64,000 bases of DNA from a virus (IMGVR_UViG_3300025066_001702:369-64368); one strand, 5' to 3'; numbered from the stretch's first letter, positions 31,488 through 41,523 are shown. The notes: generated from the letters alone by a model not told the origin. Program-made: numbers and translations.

Positions 31488-32815
31488 TTCAATTTCTCAA
31501 AAAAGGAATCAACAACCTTCTTGATGTATGTAAGCTTTTCTTCGGTCAAACCAATGAACGTGCCGAGAAAGAAAGAGTTTGTGGTAACCAGTCCTGCGAC
31601 AGGGAACATGGAATTTATGTCTCCATAAGGCTCGGCAAGATGTCTATAGCCGGGGTGAGCAAGAATATTGCCTGCAAAATAAGAGCGAGTCTGAATCTTC
31701 TCATTCTCTAAATAATCAACAATATCTGCCCTATCAAATGGAGCGTCCTCTTTTACAGTGAGCAGATAAGCAAACCAGCAAGGGTCAGAAAGTTCAGTTG
31801 CCTGTGGAAGATGAAGGTACTTCTCATAAGGCTTGAAAATTTCCTGTAGGATTGCGAAGTTCTTTCGACGAGCAGCGTCAAGGTCTGGCAACTTCTTTAA
31901 CTGTTGCAAGCCCATTGCTGCCTGTAAATCCAGTGGCTTAAGATTGTAGCCAATCTCGTCAAACACGTAGCGGTGATCATAAATGGCTTCAGGCATACCA
32001 GTTAGCCAAGGTTTAAATCTGTTTCCGCAAGCAGTTCCAGCAGTAACATTACCTGGCTTGGAGGTGTTGCAATAGCAGGCGCGTCCCCAGTCACGGATGC
32101 TTGCAACGGTTTTACGAATCTTGCAGCTATTCGTTGCGACAAATCCACCTTCGCCCGTCGTCATGTGATGAGCGGGGAAAAAAGAGCATGTAGAGATATG
32201 TCCAAATGAGCCAAGTTTCTTACCGTCGTAATAAGAGCCAAGTGCATCGCAAGCATCCTCAACAAAAATAAGATCATACTTTTCTACAAGCGCCATTAAG
32301 CGATTCATGTCGGGAGGGTTGCCGAGAACGTGAGCAAACATAATCCCACGAATCTCAGGGTCGCTCTCAAGAAGCCTCTCCACTTGATCCAAATCTGGAT
32401 TCAAATCGGGCAGCGTCACGTCAACAAATACCGGCTGAAATCCGCTCTGGATAACTGGATTAATCGTTGTTGGGAAACAAACAACTGGCGTGAGAATCTT
32501 TGAACCCTCTGGAAGGTTATAACCGTTCTTGGACTTGAGTGATGCTACGGCAAGAAGATTAGCGGAAGAGCCAGAGTTGGTTAGCGAACCATGCTTCATG
32601 CCCAGGTGGACTGGGAACTGCTTCTCAAATTCTCGTGCATTCTTTCCGAAAATTAACCAACCATCCAGCAGCACTTCAATTGCTGCAAGGTATTCCTTTT
32701 CATCATAATGAGGACCAGAGTATTTTATCCAGTCCTCACCAGCAACCCAAGTATCTGGCTTTGATGCAATATACTCAGAAACTAATTCTTTTATTTTATC
32801 TTTTATACCACTCAT
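31484..32815 (-). CDS. rfbH: NDP-4-keto-6-deoxyglucose 3-dehydrase (RfbH/DdhC)
   Basis: NSGSSANL, EDACDALGS, SFFPAHHMTTGEGG (His in place of Lys), DWGRACYC, GYNLKP; ATG at 32815 in an ATGA overlap. Confidence 0.9.
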   Translation of the reverse strand: MSGIKDKIKELVSEYIASKPDTWVAGEDWIKYSGPHYDEKEYLAAIEVLLDGWLIFGKNAREFEKQFPVHLGMKHGSLTNSGSSANLLAVASLKSKNGYNLPEGSKILTPVVCFPTTINPVIQSGFQPVFVDVTLPDLNPDLDQVERLLESDPEIRGIMFAHVLGNPPDMNRLMALVEKYDLIFVEDACDALGSYYDGKKLGSFGHISTCSFFPAHHMTTGEGGFVATNSCKIRKTVASIRDWGRACYCNTSKPGNVTAGTACGNRFKPWLTGMPEAIYDHRYVFDEIGYNLKPLDLQAAMGLQQLKKLPDLDAARRKNFAILQEIFKPYEKYLHLPQATELSDPCWFAYLLTVKEDAPFDRADIVDYLENEKIQTRSYFAGNILAHPGYRHLAEPYGDINSMFPVAGLVTTNSFFLGTFIGLTEEKLTYIKKVVDSFFEKLK

Positions 32816-33762
32816 GTTAGATAATCCCAATCAAATGTATTCCGATATGAACTATCGGCTATTTTAGTGCCTTTGTACTTTTCTCTTATCTGCTTAATTT
32901 GCTCATCAGTTAATTTATTCCTAATGCTAAAACCCCATTTTTTCTCAAAGGCATGGTGCGCTTCCGTTTGATATCTCAAATCCGCGTGACGTAGCCTTTT
33001 TGGGGAATGATACGGATTTGGGTGATCATAAAATATGTTTGGTATCCATACATTATTAAGGTTTTTGTTCAGTGCTTCGTGAGCCCAGTCATCATCAATT
33101 AAAATCGTGTACTCAGTCCACTCACAACAGTGCCCAATCTTTTCAAGAGATTCAACACTCACAAAACAAAAATGTGGAAATGGAGTGTGGACTTTTACAG
33201 GGCGTTCTGGATATGTCAATAATTCTGGTTTGTAAGTTTTTTCTAAGTCCTTAAATTTATGGCATTCAAAAATATAAGGATAATTCGACCTGTCTATTGC
33301 ATAGCGATCTTTAATAGAATTAGGCAAGATCTTTCCATCATAATTATAATAGCGCTCATTTGTAAATGTTACCCATCCAACTTCTTCTTGCTTATCTCGT
33401 AAACTATCAGTTATAATCTTATAAAAGTCTTTAGTTTTAATAACTATGTCATCGTGTGAATAGATAATGTTTTTTGTGATGTGTTTATATTTGTCAAAAA
33501 AATAATTGAATTCTCTTGCCCAACTATTAGTTGTAAGTCTCGCTTCAAGTAATAACTCTGGATTAATCTCAAACTTTTCTTTAATAAAATCATATTGTTT
33601 TCTATTATCAGTTGAAATAAAATATGTATATTTTATATCATCACCGATATTTTCGTCAATACTGTCTATTGTTTCTTGGAATACGTCTTTGCCAATTGTT
33701 GGAACATTGGGACCGGCGCTAACAATAAAAATAATTACATCTAATTTTTCATCATCTGTCAT
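32812..33762 (-). CDS. GT-A fold glycosyltransferase (GT2-like)
   Basis: SHDD (DxD-like), DDDW, YDHP motifs. Confidence 0.6.
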   Translation of the reverse strand: MTDDEKLDVIIFIVSAGPNVPTIGKDVFQETIDSIDENIGDDIKYTYFISTDNRKQYDFIKEKFEINPELLLEARLTTNSWAREFNYFFDKYKHITKNIIYSHDDIVIKTKDFYKIITDSLRDKQEEVGWVTFTNERYYNYDGKILPNSIKDRYAIDRSNYPYIFECHKFKDLEKTYKPELLTYPERPVKVHTPFPHFCFVSVESLEKIGHCCEWTEYTILIDDDWAHEALNKNLNNVWIPNIFYDHPNPYHSPKRLRHADLRYQTEAHHAFEKKWGFSIRNKLTDEQIKQIREKYKGTKIADSSYRNTFDWDYLT

Positions 33763-33851
33763 TATTGTTTTCCTATTTTACTATGCACAAGGAGTGCCTT
33801 ACCAATATACTCAGATACCAGTTCTAAGATTTGTTCCAATTTTTCAGACAT
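33762..33851 (-). pseudogene. 29-aa remnant resembling the RfbH N-terminus
   Basis: MSEKLEQILELVSEYIG versus RfbH MSGIKDKIKELVSEYIA; 13-bp identity TCTGAGTATATTG. Confidence 0.6.
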
Positions 33852-34663
33852 TCTTTGATTCCATTATCCACTCCAATTAAAGGAATGTTTAAATTTTCTA
33901 ATTTATCGGAGGCACCAGTATAAGACAGTGCCAAGGTTGTGTCTTCTATTATAACATCGTTTTTTGCATTTGACAAACATTTAATTTTATAAACCAGTTC
34001 GCTTAACTTATACTTTTGTCTATAGCAGAGATTTATGTCTCTGGGGATTTCGTTTGAGTTATTCATAGAAATATATTCAATTACTCTGCCGATGTCTTGA
34101 GCATAGAAGTAGTCCATATACTTGTCTTGGTGGACTACTGCACTTTCACCATTTGCGAACCTGCTGTAGGTGCCTCTAAGCAACCTTTGGGGCTCCTCAT
34201 TGATTCCAAAACATCCAAAGAGGCGAAGATTATAAATGTCTTTATTTTCTCTTACAATCCTTCTTGTTATTAAGTTTTTTGATAATCCATAATATTCAGA
34301 CGGACATCTTCCAAACACATCCTCTTCTCTGGCTATATTAATATCCCCGCTCCTGTCAAATTCTGCTCCTGAGCCAAAATTAAACATCACCTTGTATTTA
34401 TCAGAAAATAGCTGTAAATTATGAAACATGGACAGGTTATCATATAAGTCCATCACATTTTCGGGATGATTTCGTTTCCCTCCTTTGATGGCAGTATGGA
34501 TAAGGACATCTACTTCAACATGTTTAAAAAATGCTTTTACATTTTCATAATCTGTAGGATCGAGTGAATTACGATTTGTCGTAATGACGGTATGATCTTT
34601 GCTAAAATAACTCGTCAATTCTTTCGCTAAAAAGCTCTTTCCCCCAGTTAGCAGTATTTTCAT
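33824..34663 (-). CDS. NAD-dependent epimerase/reductase (extended SDR)
   Basis: TGGKSFLA, GSGAEF, YGLSK, LRLFGCFG. Confidence 0.8.
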   Translation of the reverse strand: MKILLTGGKSFLAKELTSYFSKDHTVITTNRNSLDPTDYENVKAFFKHVEVDVLIHTAIKGGKRNHPENVMDLYDNLSMFHNLQLFSDKYKVMFNFGSGAEFDRSGDINIAREEDVFGRCPSEYYGLSKNLITRRIVRENKDIYNLRLFGCFGINEEPQRLLRGTYSRFANGESAVVHQDKYMDYFYAQDIGRVIEYISMNNSNEIPRDINLCYRQKYKLSELVYKIKCLSNAKNDVIIEDTTLALSYTGASDKLENLNIPLIGVDNGIKECLKNWNKS

Positions 34664-35136
34664 CGTTTCAAGTTCATATACAACGGAGTCTCTTTATCAA
34701 TAACAAAGTTAAAACTCTCATTCATTGAATTCACACTCGTTGGATGGATAGTCTTGATATTTTTAAATATTTTCGTAACTTCCCTATCCTCTTCTGCCCA
34801 ATGAGAAAATCCTAAGTATCCATAATCTCTATCTCTGCCGCCGCCGATTAACTTAACTGGCAACTTCTCATGATCCACGTAGTTTCTTATAGTCTCAAAT
34901 GGTCTGTACAATAAAAACGGAGTGATAGAGTAAACAACTGGTATTTTTCCATCCATTGCCAAACCGGATGCCATTCCTATCATTAGTTGCTCTGATGAAC
35001 CTACGTTGTAAAAACGACTTGGATAGTCAATCCTAATTCTGTCCCACAGTCCGTACCCTAAGTCGCCTGTCAGTAAATAAATATCTTCGTTGATTCCCAT
35101 TTCATGGTGCAGTCTCGCACTAAATTCTTTTCTCAT
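34660..35136 (-). CDS. Transketolase pyrimidine-binding subunit (split transketolase)
   Basis: LTGDLG, NVGSSEQ, GLA, RPFETIR, GFSHWAEED. Confidence 0.85.
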   Translation of the reverse strand: MRKEFSARLHHEMGINEDIYLLTGDLGYGLWDRIRIDYPSRFYNVGSSEQLMIGMASGLAMDGKIPVVYSITPFLLYRPFETIRNYVDHEKLPVKLIGGGRDRDYGYLGFSHWAEEDREVTKIFKNIKTIHPTSVNSMNESFNFVIDKETPLYMNLKR

Positions 35137-35761
35137 CTAAAACCTCTTTTGCCAGCATGTAATCATCTTCTTTCATTATATGATAATGAGCATTGAGTCC
35201 TTTTAGAAAAGGAAAGGCATTTACATTTGTGTGTATAATGCTGATGCTTGGTAAAAACACCTTGAGTCTCTTTATTAGATAGGAAGTGTCAACTGCGTCA
35301 TATGCGGCGAATCCATTGACATTTACATAAATCTTTATATTTTTTACATTATGTTCGTAGATGAATTTTAGGCTTTCCCAGATGCTGCCTTCAGCACACT
35401 CTCCATCGCTAATAAGACAATGAACTACTCTATCTGGTTTAGCTACTGCTCTGCCTACGGCAGCAGTGATCCCCATTCCCAAACTACCAGTGGAACAGTA
35501 CAGCCCGTCGCTTTCGCATCGATGAGGGTGCCCTCCGTGTGTGTCGAATAAATATTCTGCATCAATACCTCTATATTTTTCCACGACGGCGTAGAGAGCC
35601 AACGCGCAGTGTCCAGAGGATAAAATAAATATATCCTCTTCATCCATATTGTCATAGACATCATCGATAATGCCGACGCTAGAAAAATAACTTCCAAGAT
35701 GTGATAAGCGATTCTTATAGGCGATATCTAATATTCTATGTAGTAAATTCACATCTTCCAT
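35120..35761 (-). CDS. Transketolase N-terminal ThDP-binding subunit
   Basis: SHLGS, LSSGH, TGSLGMG, SDGECAEGSIWE; start at MEDVN (35761). Confidence 0.85.
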   Translation of the reverse strand: MEDVNLLHRILDIAYKNRLSHLGSYFSSVGIIDDVYDNMDEEDIFILSSGHCALALYAVVEKYRGIDAEYLFDTHGGHPHRCESDGLYCSTGSLGMGITAAVGRAVAKPDRVVHCLISDGECAEGSIWESLKFIYEHNVKNIKIYVNVNGFAAYDAVDTSYLIKRLKVFLPSISIIHTNVNAFPFLKGLNAHYHIMKEDDYMLAKEVLDEKRI

Positions 35762-36489
35762 TTTTTCCTCCAATATTGCTGTATTTCGTCGTCGTAGTTT
35801 CTCTCTTCTTTGTGAACATTCCAAGTTGCTTGTTCTGGATGCCAACGGTAATAAAACCCAACCCATTTTGGAAAAGGGTAAATAAAAACACCATTATCTA
35901 TCAGGCTACAATATAAGTCATAATCTGCTGCACCGCCATACTTTTCTGGTTTCGTATTTAGCAATCCACTGCGATATAGCTCAGTGCTATATATGACAGA
36001 TGGTGTATTCACTGGACATTTTGTTAAACATAATTTTTTGAACTGTTCTTTAGAACTATATGAATGCTGAATCATTCCGGTGGAAATAAAGGAGTCGCCG
36101 CGTTGCCTAATGCCTTGAATAGGTGTCTGTAATGCTTTTATTTTATCAGGAGAGGATAAGATAACAATCATGCACTTATCAACATATTCTAAATCTATAT
36201 AATCATCGGAACCTATTGTCATGACATAGTCTCCGGTCATTAGGCGGAAACCCTCTTCTCTAGCTTCGTCCCAACAGTTTGGGTATATATTCTTTGCACT
36301 TGAGATTATTAGCTCTGGATTCTCGTTTTTTATACCACTTAATATAGAAACTGTTTCATCACTGCTCTCGTTGTCCACTGCTATGACTTCTACATTCTCA
36401 TAAGTTTGCTCAAGACAACTTGTGACACATTCTTCTATCCATTTTTCTGAATTATAACAAGGTATGATTATTGTGACTTTCGGGTTCAT
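35749..36489 (-). CDS. GT2 glycosyltransferase
   Basis: IIIPCYN, VDNESSD, GSDD, ADYDL. Confidence 0.9.
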   Translation of the reverse strand: MNPKVTIIIPCYNSEKWIEECVTSCLEQTYENVEVIAVDNESSDETVSILSGIKNENPELIISSAKNIYPNCWDEAREEGFRLMTGDYVMTIGSDDYIDLEYVDKCMIVILSSPDKIKALQTPIQGIRQRGDSFISTGMIQHSYSSKEQFKKLCLTKCPVNTPSVIYSTELYRSGLLNTKPEKYGGAADYDLYCSLIDNGVFIYPFPKWVGFYYRWHPEQATWNVHKEERNYDDEIQQYWRKKWKM

Positions 36490-37385
36490 AATTTTATTAA
36501 CTTCTCAACTCTCTTAATATACGTGTGGTTATCTTGGATGTTTTGTCTATTTTGTGCCTTTGTTTCTGTTAAATCTTTATTAATATTTTCAACGATCATC
36601 TCAGCCATTTCTTTTGGGGTATCTGCCAGTGGTGCATCTGGGAATAAAGATTGCAAAAAGTCATGTTTATCTGATATCATGAAACCTGTCAAGCCAAGAC
36701 TTTTAAAATTTCTTTCATTACAGTTGCATCCTGTCTTTCTTGTATAGGCATCATGAATATTAATAGCTATTTTGCTGTTAAAAAGAACATTTGCCTCTTG
36801 TTGAGCAGAAATCCCTTTATTTATAAAAAATCCGCATTTAAGATTTAGCTTTTTTATCTCATGAAAGTGCTTAATCATGATATTCTTTTTTTCATTCATA
36901 CCATTATCAGCCCAACCTCCTACAAAACAAACATCAAAAGTATAGTTATCATTCAATATGGGCTGATAACTAATAGAATCAAAAGCCAGCGGAATTGAAT
37001 GAACCTTTTTCCAATCACAAAAGTATTCTTCCTTGCAATCACCAAAGTTCCAGAGCACTGTATTATCAAAACTGTTAATTTCTTTTATATGCTTATCAGA
37101 AACAGAACACTGCCAGTTTGGATGGTTTCCCCATGGTGCAGGAAATTCATTTGGCTGAACATATAGATATGCCCTATTTGCACGTCCTATGACTTCCATT
37201 GCTTGTTGTCGATTTCGAATATCGTACTCCCAAGCCATTAAATCATATTCCCCTTGGGAGTCAACTTCTAATATATCATTATATTCGATAACATCAAAGC
37301 CAGCTTGTTCCCAGGCTTTGCGATAACCCTCGTTAATCCACTTCCAAGCACCTTGAACATTTGTTCTTTGAATATAGAGCCTCAT
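36486..37385 (-). CDS. Glycosyltransferase (CgeB/GT-B-like)
   Basis: FDVCFVG, SKIAINIH, NERNF, NHTYIKRV. Confidence 0.8.
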   Translation of the reverse strand: MRLYIQRTNVQGAWKWINEGYRKAWEQAGFDVIEYNDILEVDSQGEYDLMAWEYDIRNRQQAMEVIGRANRAYLYVQPNEFPAPWGNHPNWQCSVSDKHIKEINSFDNTVLWNFGDCKEEYFCDWKKVHSIPLAFDSISYQPILNDNYTFDVCFVGGWADNGMNEKKNIMIKHFHEIKKLNLKCGFFINKGISAQQEANVLFNSKIAINIHDAYTRKTGCNCNERNFKSLGLTGFMISDKHDFLQSLFPDAPLADTPKEMAEMIVENINKDLTETKAQNRQNIQDNHTYIKRVEKLIKL

Positions 37386-38227
37386 TTCAATGCCGCCAGT
37401 ACCAAGTTTGGTATATCATTTCTCTTTTGCCTGATTGTCTCAATCAATTCGTTACCCTTAAGATTAAACCAATCTTCCTTTGTAGCTCCAACCATATTGT
37501 TTGTAACCACTGAGAGTCCCATCATTCTCGCCTCAACGACAATCCTTGATAATGTCTCTGGTGTCTTTGGGAGGAAAATAAACTTCTCACTTTTTCCCAA
37601 TCGAGTCAAGAACTCTTCATATTTACAGGACGGTATTAAATCATAATCCCAGTCCTTCAGTTTACATAATCTCATGGCATCGCTCGTATTCTTATGCCAA
37701 TTGTTAGACTCCATTATAGCACAGGTTGGGCTTTTAACAACTTCAGATAACCGAGACATCAGTTCCAGAGAAGATTCTGCCCAAAGGTTTCCGCCGAGAC
37801 TCACTATGTTATCTAAATTCAGATTTGACTTTACAATGTCAGCGTGAAAATCGCTTTGACACAAAACAGATTTAGCATTCTTATAGAAATCAAAATTTAT
37901 TATCTCACTCTTTGGAGCAATAAAGTTCTCATAATCTGCCGGGTTTCTACTCCTAACATACTTATGATCATGCTCATAAATGATATATGATTTTTGATTC
38001 TTTAAAATTTCTTTATTCTCCTCAGAGAGTTGAACAAAGTTTGCCACTATAAACTTAGTATCAAGTGTACATCCATTTAAAAAAGAGGGAGTAATTGAAT
38101 TGCTCTTTTTTTCTTGAACTTGGATTTCTCTTTGTTTCAGAATTTCTATAAGCTCTTGATTATTAAGTTCTCCGCCTCCGGGGATTTCATGAGCGAAAAA
38201 ATCCGCTATGAACACTAAGTCATTCAT
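37382..38227 (-). CDS. GT-B fold glycosyltransferase
   Basis: GGGE, PETLSRIVVEARMMG. Confidence 0.75.
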   Translation of the reverse strand: MNDLVFIADFFAHEIPGGGELNNQELIEILKQREIQVQEKKSNSITPSFLNGCTLDTKFIVANFVQLSEENKEILKNQKSYIIYEHDHKYVRSRNPADYENFIAPKSEIINFDFYKNAKSVLCQSDFHADIVKSNLNLDNIVSLGGNLWAESSLELMSRLSEVVKSPTCAIMESNNWHKNTSDAMRLCKLKDWDYDLIPSCKYEEFLTRLGKSEKFIFLPKTPETLSRIVVEARMMGLSVVTNNMVGATKEDWFNLKGNELIETIRQKRNDIPNLVLAALK

Positions 38228-39482
38228 GACTTTCCAGTTCTAAACTTGAAAGCCAGTTTTCAACATCGAGCGATTCTTTTTGATATATAGCATCAGCAAA
38301 CTGTGTGGTCATCTTCTCTTCAGTGAAGTTCTCCAATAAATGCTTTTCAAGCTTACGTGCCATTCCAACATGCTTTGGATAATCAGAGAACACATCCCTC
38401 ATTGCAGATTTTGCAGACTTCTCGGCTGGATAACACCAGCCCGAGTCGGCTTGAATCACGCCGTCCCAAACTGCTTGTTGAGGAACCTGTCCGATAATGT
38501 AATCCACTTTTGAAAATAGGGGGCGTAGCTTGGCTTTCTTCTGCTTCCCGCTTTTGACAGGGGCATAGAGGAAATCATTTTGTCCGCTCCAAGAGGGGGC
38601 AATTACGGGCAGTCCGTGGTATGCTGCTTCGAAGATTGGCAAACCGAATCCCTCTCCGTGAGTGAAAGTCACCAAACTCTTGATTTTTGAATGAGTGTAG
38701 AGTGAATTCATCTGAGGAAGTGATAAGTCTCCGTGCAGGAGATAGAGCTTGCATTTGCTTTCGGGAAACTGAGATTTCATTGACTTTAGAGTCTCGGAAC
38801 AAAACAGTTTGTCAGCAGTGCTGCAGTTTGCCATATTCGTTTTTAAGACTAATCCAACCTCATCATTTTGGAATTCTTCGAAAAACCACTTGATAGTGTT
38901 GGCGAGGTTCTTTCTTGGACCCATCTGTGCAACTGCAAGGAAGTTGAAGTCGTAATCTAACTCGATTCCAATGTCTTCAGATTCCAGGCTGCGAACAGGA
39001 TAGTTAACAACTTCGAATGGAACTTGAGTCCTGAATTGAACCTTTTCATTAGACTGTTCAACGGTTGCCTCGTAGACGGTATTCTCATAGACATTTTTTG
39101 CGTGATTGGACACAACAATGATCTTGTCCATCAGTCGAGATTTTTCAATCCACTGTGGTGATACTTTCGTTGTTTCGATTCCCGCTGTATAGCCAATATT
39201 GATTGGTGCCATCTTCTCCCACTCATTGGGAATGGTGACTTGTAGTGAGACATCAATTGGGAGTTTTTGCTCTCTGTGAACTTGAGTCTTTCCGATTAAG
39301 TGGTCGAGCCATTGTCTCTCTTCGGTATCGCCAGCTATCCAGCCAGTTTTTCCCCACGAGATGTTGTGCAAGAGAATGTTGAACCTATCTTCGTGCGCTC
39401 TTAAGGAGCGAAGTGCAAAGCGAGTCTGCTCCCCATAGCCTGAACGGCTTAGTGCTGGTCCTTTTACTAATATCGTTTTCAT
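38220..39482 (-). CDS. GT4 glycosyltransferase
   Basis: SGYG, RKN, GEGFGLPIFEAA. Confidence 0.85.
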   Translation of the reverse strand: MKTILVKGPALSRSGYGEQTRFALRSLRAHEDRFNILLHNISWGKTGWIAGDTEERQWLDHLIGKTQVHREQKLPIDVSLQVTIPNEWEKMAPINIGYTAGIETTKVSPQWIEKSRLMDKIIVVSNHAKNVYENTVYEATVEQSNEKVQFRTQVPFEVVNYPVRSLESEDIGIELDYDFNFLAVAQMGPRKNLANTIKWFFEEFQNDEVGLVLKTNMANCSTADKLFCSETLKSMKSQFPESKCKLYLLHGDLSLPQMNSLYTHSKIKSLVTFTHGEGFGLPIFEAAYHGLPVIAPSWSGQNDFLYAPVKSGKQKKAKLRPLFSKVDYIIGQVPQQAVWDGVIQADSGWCYPAEKSAKSAMRDVFSDYPKHVGMARKLEKHLLENFTEEKMTTQFADAIYQKESLDVENWLSSLELESHE

Positions 39483-40741
39483 TATTTAATCTCCTCAAAT
39501 GAGAATGCGTTGTAATTCTTTCTGTTTTCCCAGGAACCGTGTTTTTCAATCGTCTCGTCAATAGTATTAACCCAATTGGAACAAAAGTCTTCGAAATTAT
39601 AATTACTTCTCACATGTTCGATACCGAGTTCACCAAGGCTCTCTCTTTCTTCCTTGGACATCTCGTGGATTTTAACGAGAGCATTAATGAAGTCATCTTT
39701 ATTGATTCTATCTTCAAAGATATATGGAACATCCTGTGAGCCAATAATTGACTTAGACGAGGGCTCTATGCCGACACCGAACCAATTTTCGCCATCTGTT
39801 ACCTGCTCTTGCAATCCTCCCGTCATATTAACAATAATTGGAGTTCCGCAAGACAAAGACTCAAGAGTTCCAAGTCCGAAGCCCTCGGCGTCTGAGATAT
39901 TGACTGTGCAATCTACCATGTTATAAATAAGGGCAAGATTCTCAGGGGGCATCTTGTTGACGGAGAACTTAACTTGTCCCTGATCCATATTAAGATCCTT
40001 CAGAATTACATTCAAGTCTTGCCCATGCACGTCTTTTGGATCGGTATGCATAAGTAGCATAGCCTTGTCGTGCCCAACTCTATCGAGAAATTCTTTAAAC
40101 CACCAGACTAGAGTCCCTGCTTGTTTTCGACGTGCATTTCGATTATTCCAAAAAAACACTGTTCTGCCTTCTGAGTCGGGCATCGTATCTTCTCTAAACT
40201 TTTTAACAATATCTGATGATATCTTCTTAAATACCTCTCCATTGACAGCATGAGGTAGATAAGTGGAGTCTACTTCCGGTGCTACATTCTGAACGATGTC
40301 GTGAGTAACTTTTGAAATGCAAACAATTTTGTCATTAGAAGAATAATACCCCTTGTTATATAATGGATAAGGAGTGTTATCCCAAACATGATGATAAACC
40401 ATTGGTGCATTAACTCGAATTTCATTATCCATTGCCCAGAGCCAAGTCCAGAAACGAGGATCTGTCATAAACCACACCAAATCAGGACGATGAGTCTGCA
40501 TCACTGAACGTACCAAGTCTTGGTTTCCGTAGCCGTTTACAGGGTAGATAATCCAATCATCTCCCCACTCTTTCGTCTGCATTGGTTGATAATCTTGATG
40601 TTTAATTGCTCCGCCGAAACAGATAAATTGATATCTGCCTGTTTTTAAAAGAGATTCAATAAAATATCGTGTTTGAGTTCCAACACCGCTTGGTGTAAAT
40701 GGATGATCTGCCAATACAAAGATTTTCTTTTTTTCGCTCAT
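39482..40741 (-). CDS. GT4 glycosyltransferase
   Basis: SGVG, NRNARRK, EGFGLGTLESLSCGTP; start at MSEKK (40741). Confidence 0.85.
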   Translation of the reverse strand: MSEKKKIFVLADHPFTPSGVGTQTRYFIESLLKTGRYQFICFGGAIKHQDYQPMQTKEWGDDWIIYPVNGYGNQDLVRSVMQTHRPDLVWFMTDPRFWTWLWAMDNEIRVNAPMVYHHVWDNTPYPLYNKGYYSSNDKIVCISKVTHDIVQNVAPEVDSTYLPHAVNGEVFKKISSDIVKKFREDTMPDSEGRTVFFWNNRNARRKQAGTLVWWFKEFLDRVGHDKAMLLMHTDPKDVHGQDLNVILKDLNMDQGQVKFSVNKMPPENLALIYNMVDCTVNISDAEGFGLGTLESLSCGTPIIVNMTGGLQEQVTDGENWFGVGIEPSSKSIIGSQDVPYIFEDRINKDDFINALVKIHEMSKEERESLGELGIEHVRSNYNFEDFCSNWVNTIDETIEKHGSWENRKNYNAFSFEEIK

Positions 40742-40749
40742 GTTATTCC

Positions 40750-41523
40750 CTATCCGCAGTGTTCTGTTTTGTAAAACTCGCAACCATATCCCTTGGTGCA
40801 GGCGAGTTTGTTTTTAATATGAACTTTGCTTTTGATTGTTTTAATTGCTCTTGTCATTAACTCAAGAGCGTTAGTAATTCGTTTTTCTCCACTGGTCACA
40901 GTGAATACTTCTACAATGCCCTTCTTTGCCGTTCTTTTTAAGAGGCAGAAATGAACTTCAATGTCGTCCAAATCAACTTCATATTTCTGAGCAAAGAAGT
41001 ATTTATAGAGGACAAGCTGATATGCGAGCATCTTGTCTGTCCTTTGCTGCCGTCCCCAGCCCCAGCTACAAGTCTTGTAATCAACGACGTGGATCTTGCC
41101 GTCATCAGTCTTGAAAACTAAATCGATAAAGCCCTTGAATTTATAATCTAATCCCTCGATGTCTTCATACAGCTTTTCTTCTGCAGCAAACACTTCAAAA
41201 TCTCCGAAATGTTCTCGGAGGAGCGGAATTACGATAGGGGCAATTTTCTTTCCCTGCTCGAACATTGAGACAATCATGTCTTTTCGAAGTTCGACATCGA
41301 GCTTTTTAACCTCTTTTCTGAACTCTTGGGCGAACATTCCGCCCTCGTCAACTTCCTTGCCCAAATTCTCAGTCAAAAGACTTTCACAGACGGCGTGAAG
41401 AGCAGTCCCAAAGGCAGTATACTCATTTCCTGTGAAGCTCTTAATCTTATCAATGTTAATTAGCTTATGCTTAAAGGGACATTGTTCCCAATTTTTCAGT
41501 TCCGAATAGGAAATATGCGGCAA
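40750..41523 (-). CDS. PD-(D/E)XK exonuclease, Cas4/RecB-like with Fe-S cysteines
   Basis: SYS..CP, GTALH, GFIDL, DYKT, QL..Y and C-terminal Cys cluster. Confidence 0.85.
   Translation of the reverse strand: MPHISYSELKNWEQCPFKHKLINIDKIKSFTGNEYTAFGTALHAVCESLLTENLGKEVDEGGMFAQEFRKEVKKLDVELRKDMIVSMFEQGKKIAPIVIPLLREHFGDFEVFAAEEKLYEDIEGLDYKFKGFIDLVFKTDDGKIHVVDYKTCSWGWGRQQRTDKMLAYQLVLYKYFFAQKYEVDLDDIEVHFCLLKRTAKKGIVEVFTVTSGEKRITNALELMTRAIKTIKSKVHIKNKLACTKGYGCEFYKTEHCG

Noticed and set aside
35762-35866. Long N-terminal extension of the transketolase ORF (likewise 26129-26254, 40742-40783, 42593-42670)
   Set aside because: The extensions overlap upstream genes; downstream starts with an RBS or translational coupling fit better.
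22850-40741. Bacterial O-antigen/capsule locus (host chromosome)
   Set aside because: No export, polymerase or priming genes; the locus is co-oriented and tightly packed with phage-type genes on both sides.
40750-41523. Cas4-like nuclease as a sign of CRISPR-Cas
   Set aside because: No repeat-spacer array or other cas genes were seen; solo Cas4-like nucleases are common in phages.
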